A DNA stretch of 64,000 bases. Source: an uncultured Gammaproteobacteria bacterium. GTDB lineage: Bacteria; Pseudomonadota; Gammaproteobacteria; Steroidobacterales; Steroidobacteraceae. A program made the translations under genes and the position numbers. This document shows, piece by piece, positions 49,361 to 60,151 of this stretch (its first letter is position 1; the number at the start of each line of letters is the position of its first letter). Under the pieces are notes generated by a model that did no database searches, was not told the origin of the DNA, and saw only the letters and a program-made list of their open reading frames with translations. The stretch spans positions 115,764 to 179,763 of the forward strand of contig CAWHNL010000017.1 in assembly GCA_963830745.1 (NCBI GenBank). Direction: 5' to 3'.

Positions 49361-50018
49361 ATGAAAATTCTCATCGTCGACGACCATCCGCTGTTCCGCG
49401 CCGGCTTTCACGCCGTTCTGGAACAAAGCACGCTCGAAGCCGGCGTGCTCAGCGTGTCTTCGGTCACCGAAGCGCTGCAGACGCTCCAGCGCGACGCGGA
49501 CATCGGGCTGGTGCTGCTCGACATCCATCTGCGCGGCGACGACGGCTTCAACGCGCTCAAGGTCATCGGCCAGAAGTTCCCGACGACCGCCTGCATCATG
49601 ATCTCCGGCGACGAGCAGGCGGGCGTCGCGTCGCGCGCCGTCGCGGCGGGCGCCTCCGGCTTCATTCCGAAATCCTTCACCGCCGACGAGATGATCGTCG
49701 CGATCCAGAAGGTGCTGGCCGGCGACGTGTTCGTGCCCGCGACTGCCGACCTGTCGGCGGCGCCGGAAGCCGACGGGCCTCACGCTGCGGCAGCTCGAAG
49801 TCATCAGCATGCTCGGCCGCGGCTTCTCGAACAAAGAGATCGCGCGCGCGCTCGATGTCGCGGAACGCACGGTCAAGGCTCACGTGAGCGCCGTGTTCGA
49901 AGCGCTCAACGTGCGTAACCGCACGCAGGCCGTGCTGGTCGCGCAGCGTCGCGGATTCCTGCCTGCAGCGTCCGCCGGTATTCCGCCCGCCAGCGCGCCC
50001 GCATACGCCGCACGCTGA
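49361..50018 (+). CDS. NarL/LuxR-family response regulator
   Basis: MKILIVDDHPLFRAG, LLDIHL, GASGFIPK, LTLRQLEV..GFSNKEIARAL.VAERTVKAHVS...NRTQA. Confidence 0.92.
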
Positions 50019-50032
50019 CAACCTCCGCTGAC

Positions 50033-51803
50033 ATGGATGCCGCCCTGACTCGACGCGTTGAGCAGCAACGCATCGAGATGCTTTACGACAATACGTTGGC
50101 GGTATCCGGTTCGGCACTGCTGATGGCGGCATTGATCGCCGTCATCGCCTGGCCGCACACGCGGGCCGCCAACCTGGTCGCGTGGGTCGGCGCGGCGCTG
50201 CTTGGTACAGGCTTCCGTGCTCGCGCTATCAGGTGCGTATCGCCGCGCGAGCGATCGCGACACAGCGTCGCGCGCTTGGGGCTGGCGGCTCGCTGCCGCT
50301 GCCGGCGTCGCCGGCATCGTCTGGGGCTCCGCGGCATTCGTGCTGGTCGGGCCCGACAAATCGCTCACGCTCGGCCTGATCTCCGCTTGCCTCGCCGGCC
50401 GCGCGACGTCTGAGCATCGTCACGCACGCATACTTCCCCCCGGCGCTGCACGCGTTCACCGTGCCGATCTTCGGCCTGCTGGCGCTGCGCTATGTCACGC
50501 TCGGCGGCTACGGCAACGCGGCGCTCGGCGTGATGTGGATCGCCGTGCTCGGCTACGTGCTGCTGTTCGTCGATCGCCAGTCGCGCGCCGTGGTCGCGCA
50601 GATTCGCCTGCGCTACGAGAACGAGCAGCTGGTCGAGCAGCTGCAACGCCAGAACGCGCTCGCCGAGCAGGCGCGCGCCCGCGCCGAAGAGGCGAGTCGC
50701 TCGAAATCGCTGTTCTTCGCGGCCGCGAATCACGACCTGCGCCAACCGCTGCACTCGCTTGGATTGTTCGCAACAGCGCTGCGCAACAATTCGGCAGGCC
50801 GGTCGAGCCAGGCGCTGGTCGACCAGATCCTCCAGTGCACCGAATCGCTCGAGCAGCTGTTCGACAACCTGCTCGACATCTCGAAGCTCGATGCCGGACA
50901 GGTCGAAGTGAAGCGCGAGATCGTGCCGGTCGACGCAGTGTTCGACCGCGTGCGCAGCACGTTCGCCGTGCCCGCGCAGGACAAGGGACTGCGCACTGTC
51001 GGTGCGCCGCTCGAAGGTGACGCTGGCGACGGACGCGACGCTGCTGTTCCGCGTGCTGTCGAATCTCGTCGCGAACTCGCTGCGCTACACGGAGAACGGC
51101 GGCGTCGCTCGTCGCCTGCCGTCGGCGCGGCAACGTCGCGAAGATCGAGGTGTGGGACACCGGCATCGGCATCCCGGCCGAGCAGCACGAGCGCATCTTC
51201 GAGGAGTTCTACCAGCTCAACAATCCGGCGCGCGACCGCACGCGCGGCCTCGGGCTCGGGCTCGCCACGGTCCGCCGCATCGTCGCAGCTGCTCGGCCAT
51301 CCGCTGTGGCTGCGCTCGACGCGTCGGCAAGGGCTCGCGCTTCACCGATCGAAGTGCCGATCGCCGATCCGACGCGCGTGCAGTCAGTCGTCGCGACGAT
51401 CGAGCAGAAAGTGCCGAACCTGATCGGCGGCAAGCTCATCGTCGTGATCGACGACGAGGAATCGGTGCGCCTCGGGATGCAGAGCCTGCTGGAGAGCTGG
51501 GGCTGCAAGTGCATCACCGCGATGGACTCGGCGGAGGCCTTGCGCAGCATCAACGGACGGCGCTCGCCGGACTTCATCATCGCCGACCTGCGTCTGCGCG
51601 GCGAAAGCACCGGCATCGATGCGATCCGCGAGCTGCGCGCGCAGCTCGGCAACTCGATTCCCGCCGTGCTCATCTCCGGCGACACCGCGACCGAGCAGCT
51701 GCGCAAGGTCAGCGCCGCGGGCCTGACGATGATGCACAAGCCGCTGAAGGCTGTACGATTGCGCGCGCTGCTCAATCACGAGTTCGCGAAGCGCATCGCT
51801 TGA
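50033..51803 (+). CDS. Membrane-bound hybrid sensor histidine kinase (HisKA-HATPase-REC)
   Basis: Multi-TM N-terminus; AANHDLRQPL, NLVANSLRYT, DTGIG, GLGLGLA; C-terminal VIDDE..IIADLRL..HKP. Confidence 0.9.
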
Positions 51804-52405
51804 ATGTCTTCCTACCTGTTGCTGAACAAACCCAAGGGCGTCATCACCGTCGACCCGCGGCGGCGCCGGACGGCGCACCGTGCTCGATTTCATCCCGTTT
51901 TCGCTGCGCCGCCGATGAACTGGGCAGCGCTGGTATTCGGTCGGTCTGCTGGACGGCGACTCCACCGGCCTCGTGCTGCTCACCGACGACGGCGAGCTCG
52001 CGCGGCAGCTCGAGCATCCGAAGCTCGGCGTGCTGAAGGAGTACCGCGCGCTGTGCACCGGCCTCGCGGGCGACGAACAGCTGCAGCCGCTGCGCGCCGG
52101 CATGTACCTGGTGAACCTGACCGCCGATGGCAGCAAGACGACGCAGCGCGCGGCGATGGAATCCGTGCGCATCCTCAAGAGTACGTCGATCGAGCGCGAG
52201 GCGACCGCACGCTGCTCGGCGTAACGGTGCGCGAAGGCGAACCTCGCGAGATCCGCCGCATGCTCGCGCGCGTCGGCCTGAAGCTGCGCGAGCTGGAGCG
52301 GGTCGCGATCGGGCCGCTGCGCGCGCCAGGGCTGAAGCCGGGGCCACGAAGCTGCTGGGGAAGAAAGATGTGGAGCGGCTGCGCGAGGCGGTGCTGTCGG
52401 GCTAA
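51804..52405 (+). CDS. Pseudouridine synthase, RsuA/RluB/E family (no S4 domain)
   Basis: YLLLNKPKGVIT, GLLDGDSTGLVLLTDDGELA..L.HPK, KEY, EG..REIRRM, LERVAIGPL. Confidence 0.8.
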
Positions 52406-52438
52406 GCCCGACCTCGGCTAGTCGGCCTAGCCCGACTT
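52396..52438. repeat. Pair of REP-like palindromes
   Basis: GTCGGGCT-A-AGCCCGACCT (52396-52414) and GTCGGCCTAGCCCGACTT (52421-52438), the same family as 20855-20876, again between convergent genes. Confidence 0.55.
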
Positions 52439-53329
52439 CTTCTCCAGCGGCCGCACCAACCCTTCCTGCGCCACCGACGCGACCAGCCGCCGCTCGCGAT
52501 CGAAGATCTGCGCGCGCGTGAGGCCGCGGGCGCCGCCCGCGAACGGACTGATCGCGTCGACCAGCACCCAGTCGTCCGCGCGGCACGGCCGATGGAACCA
52601 CATCGCGTGATCGAGGCTCGCCATCATCACCTGGCCCGACATCATCGACACCGTGTGCTGTCAGCACGACGGTGGACGTCAGGAAGTAGTCCGACAGATA
52701 CGCGAGCGCGCACTGCTGCGTCAGCGCGTCGGCCGGCAGCGGCGACGTCGACTTGATCCAGTACAGCCCGCGCGGCGTCTCCGCCTTGCGCAGGAAATAG
52801 TCCTCGGGGCTCACCGGCTTCAGCTCGACGATCGCCTGCTGGGTCGCAATCGCCTGCGCGCTCTTCGGCAGCCGGTCGGCGAACTTCGCCGCCAGCTCGC
52901 GCGTGCTCATCAGCTTGTCCGGGTCCGGCACATCGACGTCGAGCGCGATCTCGTGCTCGAAGCCCTGCTCCTCGCGATGGAACGACAGCTCCATGTGGAA
53001 GATCGGCTTGGCGCGCTGGCGCGCCACGACGCGGCGGGTCGAGAAGCTGCCGCCGTCGCGCGTCAGCTCGACGTCGTAGATCACGGGGATGTCGCTCATG
53101 CCGGCGAGCAGGAAGTAGCCGTGCAGCGAATGCGCCGTGCGGCCCGGCTCGACCGTCAGCGCGGCGGCCTTCAGGCCCTGGCCGAGGATCTGCCCGCCGA
53201 ACAGCGAGCGGTTGTTGTTGATCTGGTTGACCCGGCTGCGGAACAGATTGGTGTCGAGCTGCTCCAGCTCGAGCACTTCGCTGCAGGTGCTGCGGGGCTG
53301 GTGGGGGCAGCGATGCTGGCGGTCGTCAT
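52427..53329 (-). CDS. tesB: Acyl-CoA thioesterase II
   Basis: LELEQLDTNLFR, LFGGQILGQ, HSLHGYFL, RDGGSFSTRRV, LAYLSD, ASLDHAMWFHRP, VASVAQEG. Confidence 0.92.
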
Positions 53330-53502
53330 GCGGCGCGAGTCTAGCAAAGCGATTCGCCACGTAGCTCTGGCCGGCGACTCTGCCGGCCGCTCACCGGCGC
53401 ACTGCCGCGCCTCGCCCTACTTCGCTACTCTCGGCGCGCCATTTTCGCTACGCTGCGCCCACGAAATCGGACCCGAGCATCGGGCTACTTCGCGGAGGGT
53501 GC

Positions 53503-54250
53503 ATGTTCAGCCGACTTGGCGAATCTCATCAAAGGGTTCTTCTCGCTGTTCATCTCCGGCGTCGAGCGCCGCAATCCGGAAGCGCTGCTCGAGCTGGAGC
53601 AGGAAAACCTGCGCAAGCAGGTCGCGAACTTCAACCAGGGCCTCGCGACGCACGCCGGGCTGTGCGAACGCATCATGGGCCAGGTGCGCAAGCTCGAAGC
53701 CGAGCAGAAGGATCTGCGCGCCAAGACCACCGCGCACCTGCGCGCCGGCAACAAGTCGGCCGCCGGCCAGTATGCGCTGCGCCTGCAGACGATCGACGCG
53801 CAGCTGGAAGAGAACCGCAAGCAGCTCGAGCAGGCCGAGGCGACCTACAGGAACCTGGTCAAGGCGCGCGATGTCGCCGTGCAGACCGCGCGGGCGAAGA
53901 TCGAGTCCTGAAGGGCGCGATCAACGACATGCGCATGAACCAGGCGATGGCCGAGATCCACGAAATGGCGTCCGGCATGATCTCCAGCATCGGCGGCGCG
54001 GGCGACACGCTGAACCGCCTGCACGAGATGGTCGAGGAAGAGCGCACCAAGGCTGCCGGCCGCGCGCGCATCGCCAAGGACTCGGTCGACATGAGCGGCG
54101 TCGAGGTGAAGGAAGCCGAGATGACCGCGCTCGCCGACCAGGCGCTGGCGGACTTCGCCGCGCGCGAGGGCATCTCGATCCCGGGCGAAGCGCCGGCGCC
54201 CGCGCCGCGCTCGCTGGGCGCGACGGAAATCGGGCAGCCAGGGCAGCTGA
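53503..54250 (+). CDS. PspA/IM30 (Vipp1, ESCRT-III-like) family protein
   Basis: GGAGG RBS; amphipathic N-helix MFSRLANLIKGFFSLF; NPEALLE motif; long coiled coil with A..HLRAGNKSAAGQYA; LNRLHEMVEEE; about 250 aa across indels. Confidence 0.85.
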
Positions 54251-54251
54251 A

Positions 54252-55918
54252 ATGCCCGCACCGCAGGGTGCGCCGGCGTGGGCGGGCGAGCTCGCGCTCG
54301 CCTACGAAAGCGGCGCGCACGGTCAGTTCATTCTCTACGGCAACGTGCACGACCGCATCGCCGTCGGCGGCCGCCTCGATCAATCTCGCCGGCTACCTGG
54401 AGAACGATCTGCTCGCCGGCTTCCAGGTCGTGCTCGTCGTACGACCTGGGCAACGGACTCACGATCGAGCGCGGCGGCGAGCTCGTCGAGAAGTGGGGCG
54501 GCGCGAACCTGAAGGCGCTGCCGCGCGAGCCGCTGCCGGCGATTCAGTACATCAGCCGCTACCTGCGCTATCTCGGCAACCTGCGTGCGCTCGGCCGCGA
54601 GGTGAAGGAGAACGTCGCGGTGATCCTGCGCGGCGTCGATCGACGTCGTGCCGGCCGACGGCGCCGGCTACGAACACGGCAGCCTCACGAGCGTGCTGCG
54701 CGACTGGGCATCGGAAGCGCCGTTCAGCGACCTGCCCTTCACCAGCATCCTGATCGCGGACAATCTCAACGACATCGAGCCGCAGATCGCGTACAGCGCG
54801 CACGCGTCGCGCATTCGCGTGCCGCTGCCGGATGCGCCGGCGCTGGAGCGCGCGCTCGCCATCCTGCAAGGCGCAGGAGCCGAAAGCGTTCGCCGCAGAC
54901 GCCAACCTGCCGCAGCTCGCCGGCGCGCTCGTCGGCGTCACGGTCGCGGCGCTCGAAAGCCTGGTGAAGGTGCGCGATCACTCCGGCCAGGCGCTCGGCG
55001 TCGCGGATCTGACGCGCATCAAGAAGGACCTGGTCGAGCGCGACTCCGCCGGGCTCGTCGAGTTCATCGAGTCGCAGCGCACGCTCGACGACTACGCACG
55101 GCCAGGAAGCGCTCAAGCAGTGGCTGCGCCAGGACATCGCGCTGTGGCAGCGCCGGCGATCTGAAGGCGCTGCCGATGGGCTACCTGCTGTGCGGCCCGG
55201 TCGGCACCGGCAAGACCTTCCTGGTCGAGTGCCTCGCCGGCGAGGCCGGCGTGCCGGTCGTGAAGCTGAAGAATTTCCGCGACCGCTGGGTCGGCTCGAG
55301 CGAAGGCAACCTGGAGAAGATCTTCCGGCTGGTGCGCGCGCTCGGCCGCTGCATGGTGTTCATCGACGAGGCGGACCAGAGCGCTCGGCCGGCGCGACTC
55401 CGGCAGCGGCGACAGCGGCCTGTCGGGTCGGCTGTATTCGATGATCGCGCAGGAGATGGCGGACACGGCGAATCGCGGCCGCGTGCTGTGGATGCTCGCG
55501 TCGTCGCGCCCGGATCTGATCGAAGTCGACCTGAAGCGTCCGGGACGCGTCGACGTGAAGGTGCCGCTGCTGCCGACCAGCACGCAGGCGGAGAGCGCCG
55601 CGCTCGTCGGCGCGCTCGCGAAACGCTACGGGCTGGCGCTCGACCGACGCGCAACTCGCGACGCTGACGCCGCGCATGCCGACGCTGCTCACGCCGGGCG
55701 CCGCCGAAGCGCTCGTCGTCAAAGCGTATCGCCGCTCGCGCACCGAGAACGTCGGCGCGGACGCCGCGCTCGAAGCGTGCCTCGATCGGCTACCAGAATC
55801 CCGTGCCTGCCGACGTGCTCGAATTCCAGATGCGCATCGCGATCCGCGAGGCGACCGACCTCGCGTTCGTGCCGCCCGCGTTCCACAAGTACGCTGCGCA
55901 GCCGCGCGCCCGACATGA
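54252..55918 (+). CDS. AAA+ ATPase with degenerate N-terminal AAA-like module (Ycf46/CDC48-like)
   Basis: N-terminal FILYGNVHD; C-module GYLLCGPVGTGKT, pore loop DRWVGSSE, VFIDEAD, ASSRPD, LKRPGRVD. Confidence 0.9.
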
Positions 55919-56788
55919 GCGCCAAGCGCTCCTACCTCGCCGCCGCCTTCAACGCGCGTCCCTTCGGCATGCCGGTGCCGCCGAACTGGTTCGGCGTCGC
56001 GGCGTTCGCGCTGCTCGGCGCGTTCGTGAATCCCGGCGCTGTGGCTGATCGGCGCTCGGGCTCGAAGGCCTGTACCTGTGGACGCTCTCGCGCAATCCGC
56101 GCTTTCGCGCGACCGTCGACGCCGAGCAGGGCCAGACGGACTGGCATTCGCGCTACGCGCAGCTGAGCTCGTACCTCGACGCAGGACGCGCGCGACCAGC
56201 AGGCGACGATCGAAGCGCAGGCGAACGAGATCGTGCGATCTGCTGTCGCGCACCGGCGCGACCGAATCGCAGATGAGCGACGTGCGGCAGATGGCGTGGC
56301 TGCACCTGAAGCTGCTCGCCGCGCGCGCGTCGGTGCTGCAGGTCATCGCTTCGGCCGGACGCGAGAGCCGCAACCTCGAAGAGCAGGAGCGGCGTCTCAT
56401 CGACCGGCTCAGTCGCGACGACGTCGGCGACGAGCTCAAGCGCAGCCTCGAGCAGCAGCTCGAAGTGATCCGCTCGCGTCGCAGCGGCCACGCCGATGCG
56501 GAGCGCCGCCGCGAGCTGGTCGAAGCGGAGATCGAACGGCTGCGCCAGCAGGTGTCGCTCGTGCGCGAGCAGGCGCTGCTCGCGACCGACGAGCACAGCG
56601 CCGCGGCGTCGCTCGACGCGTTGTCGGCGTCGCTCAACGAAGCGAATCGCTGGCTGAAGGATCAGCGCGAGTTGTTCGCGGGGCTCGACGGCCTGACCGA
56701 CGAGCCGCCGCCCGCCGACCTGCTGCGCTCGAAGAGCCCGCCGCGCGCGCCGGCAGAAAGTCTCGGAATGACAGAGTCTCGGCAATGA
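55915..56788 (+). CDS. Hypothetical 2-TM + coiled-coil protein
   Basis: ATGA overlap with the ATPase stop; hydrophobic PPNWFGVAAFALLGAFVNP..WLIG.GLEGLYLW; coiled coil ELKRSLEQQLEVIRSRR...ELVEAEIERLRQQVSL. Confidence 0.8.
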
Positions 56789-56802
56789 AGGAGATCGACG
56801 TC

Positions 56803-58514
56803 ATGACTAGCATCGTTGCTCGCGCATCGCATCGCGCGGCTCCGCCGCCGGCAACCTCATCACGCTGCTGCTGCTGGTCGGCATCATCGGCCTCGGCGTG
56901 TACCTGTGGCTCGGCAAGGGCGCGAAGGATGAGCCGACGCGCTGCCGACGCCCGGCAGCACCGCAACGGCGGTCGACAAGGCCGAGCCGGACGGCGATGC
57001 GCCGGCGCCGATCGAGCCCGTCGACGGCACGCCGCCGCTGGAAGCCGCGGCGCACGTACACGCCGAAGGACGGCGTGCTGCAGATCGACATCAGCGAATA
57101 CGCCGGCTACGGCGGCCTGATCGTCGCGAACGGCGGCCTCGAGCCGAACCCCGATTCGTTCTTCGCGAAGGAATACGGCTTCAAGGTCAAGATCTCGATG
57201 AGCGAGAGCGAGACCTGGTCGCCGCTCAACAACGGCCGGCTCGCCGCCACCGCGACGACGACCGACGCGCTCGCCGTGCTCGGCCGCCAGTTCGAAGCAG
57301 TCGTGCCGGTGCAGATCGGCTACTCGCGCGGCGCCGACATGGTCGTCGTCGATCGCGGCATCGCCTCGGTGAACCAGCTCGCGGGCAAGGTGCTCGCCGC
57401 CTCGCAGTTCAACGAGAGCGAGTTCTTCATTCGCTACCTCGCGCAGGAAGCGGGCGTGCCGGTCGTCGTGCTGCGCGACCTCGACTCGCGGCCGGCGTCG
57501 AGCGAGCTCGGCCTGGTGTTCTACGAAGACGCGTTCGTCGCCTGCGACGCCTACGAGCACGAGCTCGGCCGCGCGCAGCCGCGCCTGAACGGCTGCGTCG
57601 GCTGGACGCCGCGCACCGACGAAGTCGTCGAGAAGTCCGGACGGCAAAGCCAAGGTGCTGGTGTCGAACCGCAACCTGCTCGTCATCGCCGACGTGCTCG
57701 CCGTGAACCGCGGCTTCGCCAAGGAGCATCCGGACATGGTGCGCGGCCTCGTGCACGGCATCCTCGAAGGCAACCGGCGGCTGCGCGACCAGCAGGCCGC
57801 GAACATCGGCGTCGTCGCGAAGGCGTTCGGCTGGAGCGAGGACGAGGCGCGCGACGAGCTCGCGCACGTGCACCTCGCGAACCTGCCGGAGAACCGTCGC
57901 GTTCTTCGCCGGCACGATCGACTCGGCCGGCTCGTTCGGCGGCATCTTCCAGTCCTCGGTGCTCGCCTACGGCGAGCTGATCAAGAATCCGACCGACGCC
58001 GCGCGCTTCGCCGACACGCAGCGCGCTCGACGCGCTCGCCAAGAAAGGCCTGTTCGCGGACCAGCGGATCGCGATCGCGCCGATCAAGACGGCGACGCAG
58101 CGCTTCGCTGGAGGGCGATCCGCTGCTGAGCAAGGACATCCGCTTCTTCTTCGAGCCGAACTCCGCGGTGCTCGACAAGGACGCGAAGCAGAACCTCGAC
58201 TACCTCGACACGATCAAGCGCTTCCTGCAGGTCAGCCCCGGCTCGACCGTGGTGCTGCGCGGCCACGTCGACAACGCGCGCGTCAACGAATTTCGCGAGC
58301 AGGGCGGCGAACAGCTGGTCAAGAGCATGGCGCTCAAGGCGATGGAGCTGTCGCGCCAGCGCGCGATCGCGGTGAGCGAGGCGCTGCGCGATCGTTACAA
58401 GGATATCGACGCCTCGCGCATCGAGGACGATCGGCCGCGGCTGGGAAGAACCCGGCCGGCCCGGACAGCGAGCTGAACCGCCGCGTCGAGGTGCAGTGGT
58501 TCACGCTGGAGTGA
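56803..58514 (+). CDS. Membrane-anchored ABC-type substrate-binding (SsuA/NMT1-like) + OmpA-like peptidoglycan-binding fusion
   Basis: AAGGAG RBS; TM LITLLLLVGIIGLGVYLWL; SEYAGYGG..VANGG, SRGADMVV, IADVL; C-terminal FFFEPNSA..LRGHVD..LSRQRAIAV...GRGWEEP...NRRVEV. Confidence 0.85.
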
Positions 58515-58520
58515 AGCGAC

Positions 58521-60151
58521 TCACTCGAGCGCTTCGTCGCGCTTGTCGGGCAAGAACAGGGCACCGATGATCGTCGTCGCGACTGCGACGACGATCGGAT
58601 ACCACAGGCCGTAGTAGATATCGCCGGTCAGCGCGACCAGCGCGAACGACACAGTCGGCAGGAAGCCGCCGAACCAGCCGTTGCCGATGTGATACGGCAA
58701 CGACATCGACGTGTAGCGGATGCGCGCCGGGAACAGCTCGACGAGCCACGCGGCGATCGGTCCGTACACCATCGTCACGTAGATGACGAGCACCGTCGAG
58801 GATCAGCAGCACCATCGCGTGATTGATCTGAGCGGGATCGGCGCTCGCCGGATAAGCCGCTGTCGTGCAACGCCGCCGTCAGCTGCTTGCTGAACGCATC
58901 GCTGCGCTCCTTGAACTCGCGCAGGCGCGAGCGTCGCGGCCGTCGAAGGCGACGGACCGTGACGTCGCCGACGCGCACGACTGGTCGACCGCAGCCGACG
59001 GCTGCCGCCTCGTTCTCGTACGGCACGCCGGCCTTCGCCAGCGCGCTCTTGGCGATGTCGCACGAGCTGGTGAAGCGCGCCTTGCCGATCGGATCGAACT
59101 GGAAGTGGCAGTCGGCCGGATCGGCGACGACGGTGATCGGATTCGTCTGCCGCGCCCGCTCGATCGCCGGGTTCGCGAAATGCGTCAGCGCGCCGAACAG
59201 CGGGAAGTACGTGAGCGCAGCGAGCAGGCAGCCGCCGAGCACGATTTTCTTGCGGCCGATGCGATCGGAGAGCCAGCCGAACACGACGAAGAACGGCGTC
59301 GCGAGCAGCAGCGCGCCGGCGACCAGCAGGTTCGCCGTCTGCGCATCGACCTTCAGCGTCTGCGTGAGGAAGAACAGCGAGTAGAACTGCCCGCCGTACC
59401 ACACCACCGCCTGCCCCGCCGTCGCGCCGAGCAGCGCCAGCAGCACGATCTTCAGATTGGGCCAGCGCGCGAACGAATCGGTGAGCGGCGCGCGCGAGGT
59501 GCGGCCCGCCGCCTTCATCTCGACGAACACCGGCGACTCGCTCAGCTGCAGGCGGATGTAGACGGAGATGCGCCAGCAGGATCAGCGACAGCAGGAACGG
59601 CATGCGCCAGCCCCACGTCTCGAACTCCGGGCCGAGCAGCTGGCGGCAGCCGAGAATGACGAGCAGCGAAAGGAACAGCCCGAGCGTCGCCGTCGTCTGA
59701 ATCCAGCTCGTGTACAGACCGCGCTTGCCCGGCGGCGCGTGCTCGGCGACGTAGCGTCGCGGCGCCGCCGTACTCACCGCCGAGCGCGAGACCCTGCAAG
59801 CAGTCGCAGCGCGACGAGCGCGATCGGCGCCGCGACGCCGATGGACGCGTACGCCGGCAGGATGCCGACCAGCGCCGTCGACACGCCCATGATGACGATC
59901 GTGATCAGGAACGTGTGCTTGCGCCCGACCAGGTCGCCGAGCCGGCCGAACACGATGGCGCCGAACGGCCGGACCGCGAAGCCCGCCGCGAACGCCAGCA
60001 GCGCGAAGATGAACGCCGTCGTCTCGTTGACGCCGGCGAAGAACTGCTTGCTGATGATCGCGGCGAGCGAGCCGTACAGATAGAAGTCGTACCACTCGAA
60101 CACCGTGCCGAGCGACGACGCGAAGATCACCCGGCGGTGTGCGCGATCCAT
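58521..60151 (-). CDS. MFS transporter, metabolite:H+ symporter family
   Basis: ASSLGTVFEWYDF, RPFGAIVFGRLGDLVGRK, QGLALGGEYGGA, WGWRMPF, ELFPARIRYTS. Confidence 0.92.

Noticed and set aside
53367-53384. Sigma-54 promoter for the PspA operon (TGGCCG...TGC)
   Set aside because: GG-to-GC spacing is 11 nt rather than the required 10, and the sequence is part of a hairpin.
54252-55918. Calling the ATPase a true Vps4 orthologue or PspF
   Set aside because: No MIT domain, an RPGR rather than RRF arginine finger, and no GAFTGA loop or HTH; only a functional analogy is proposed.
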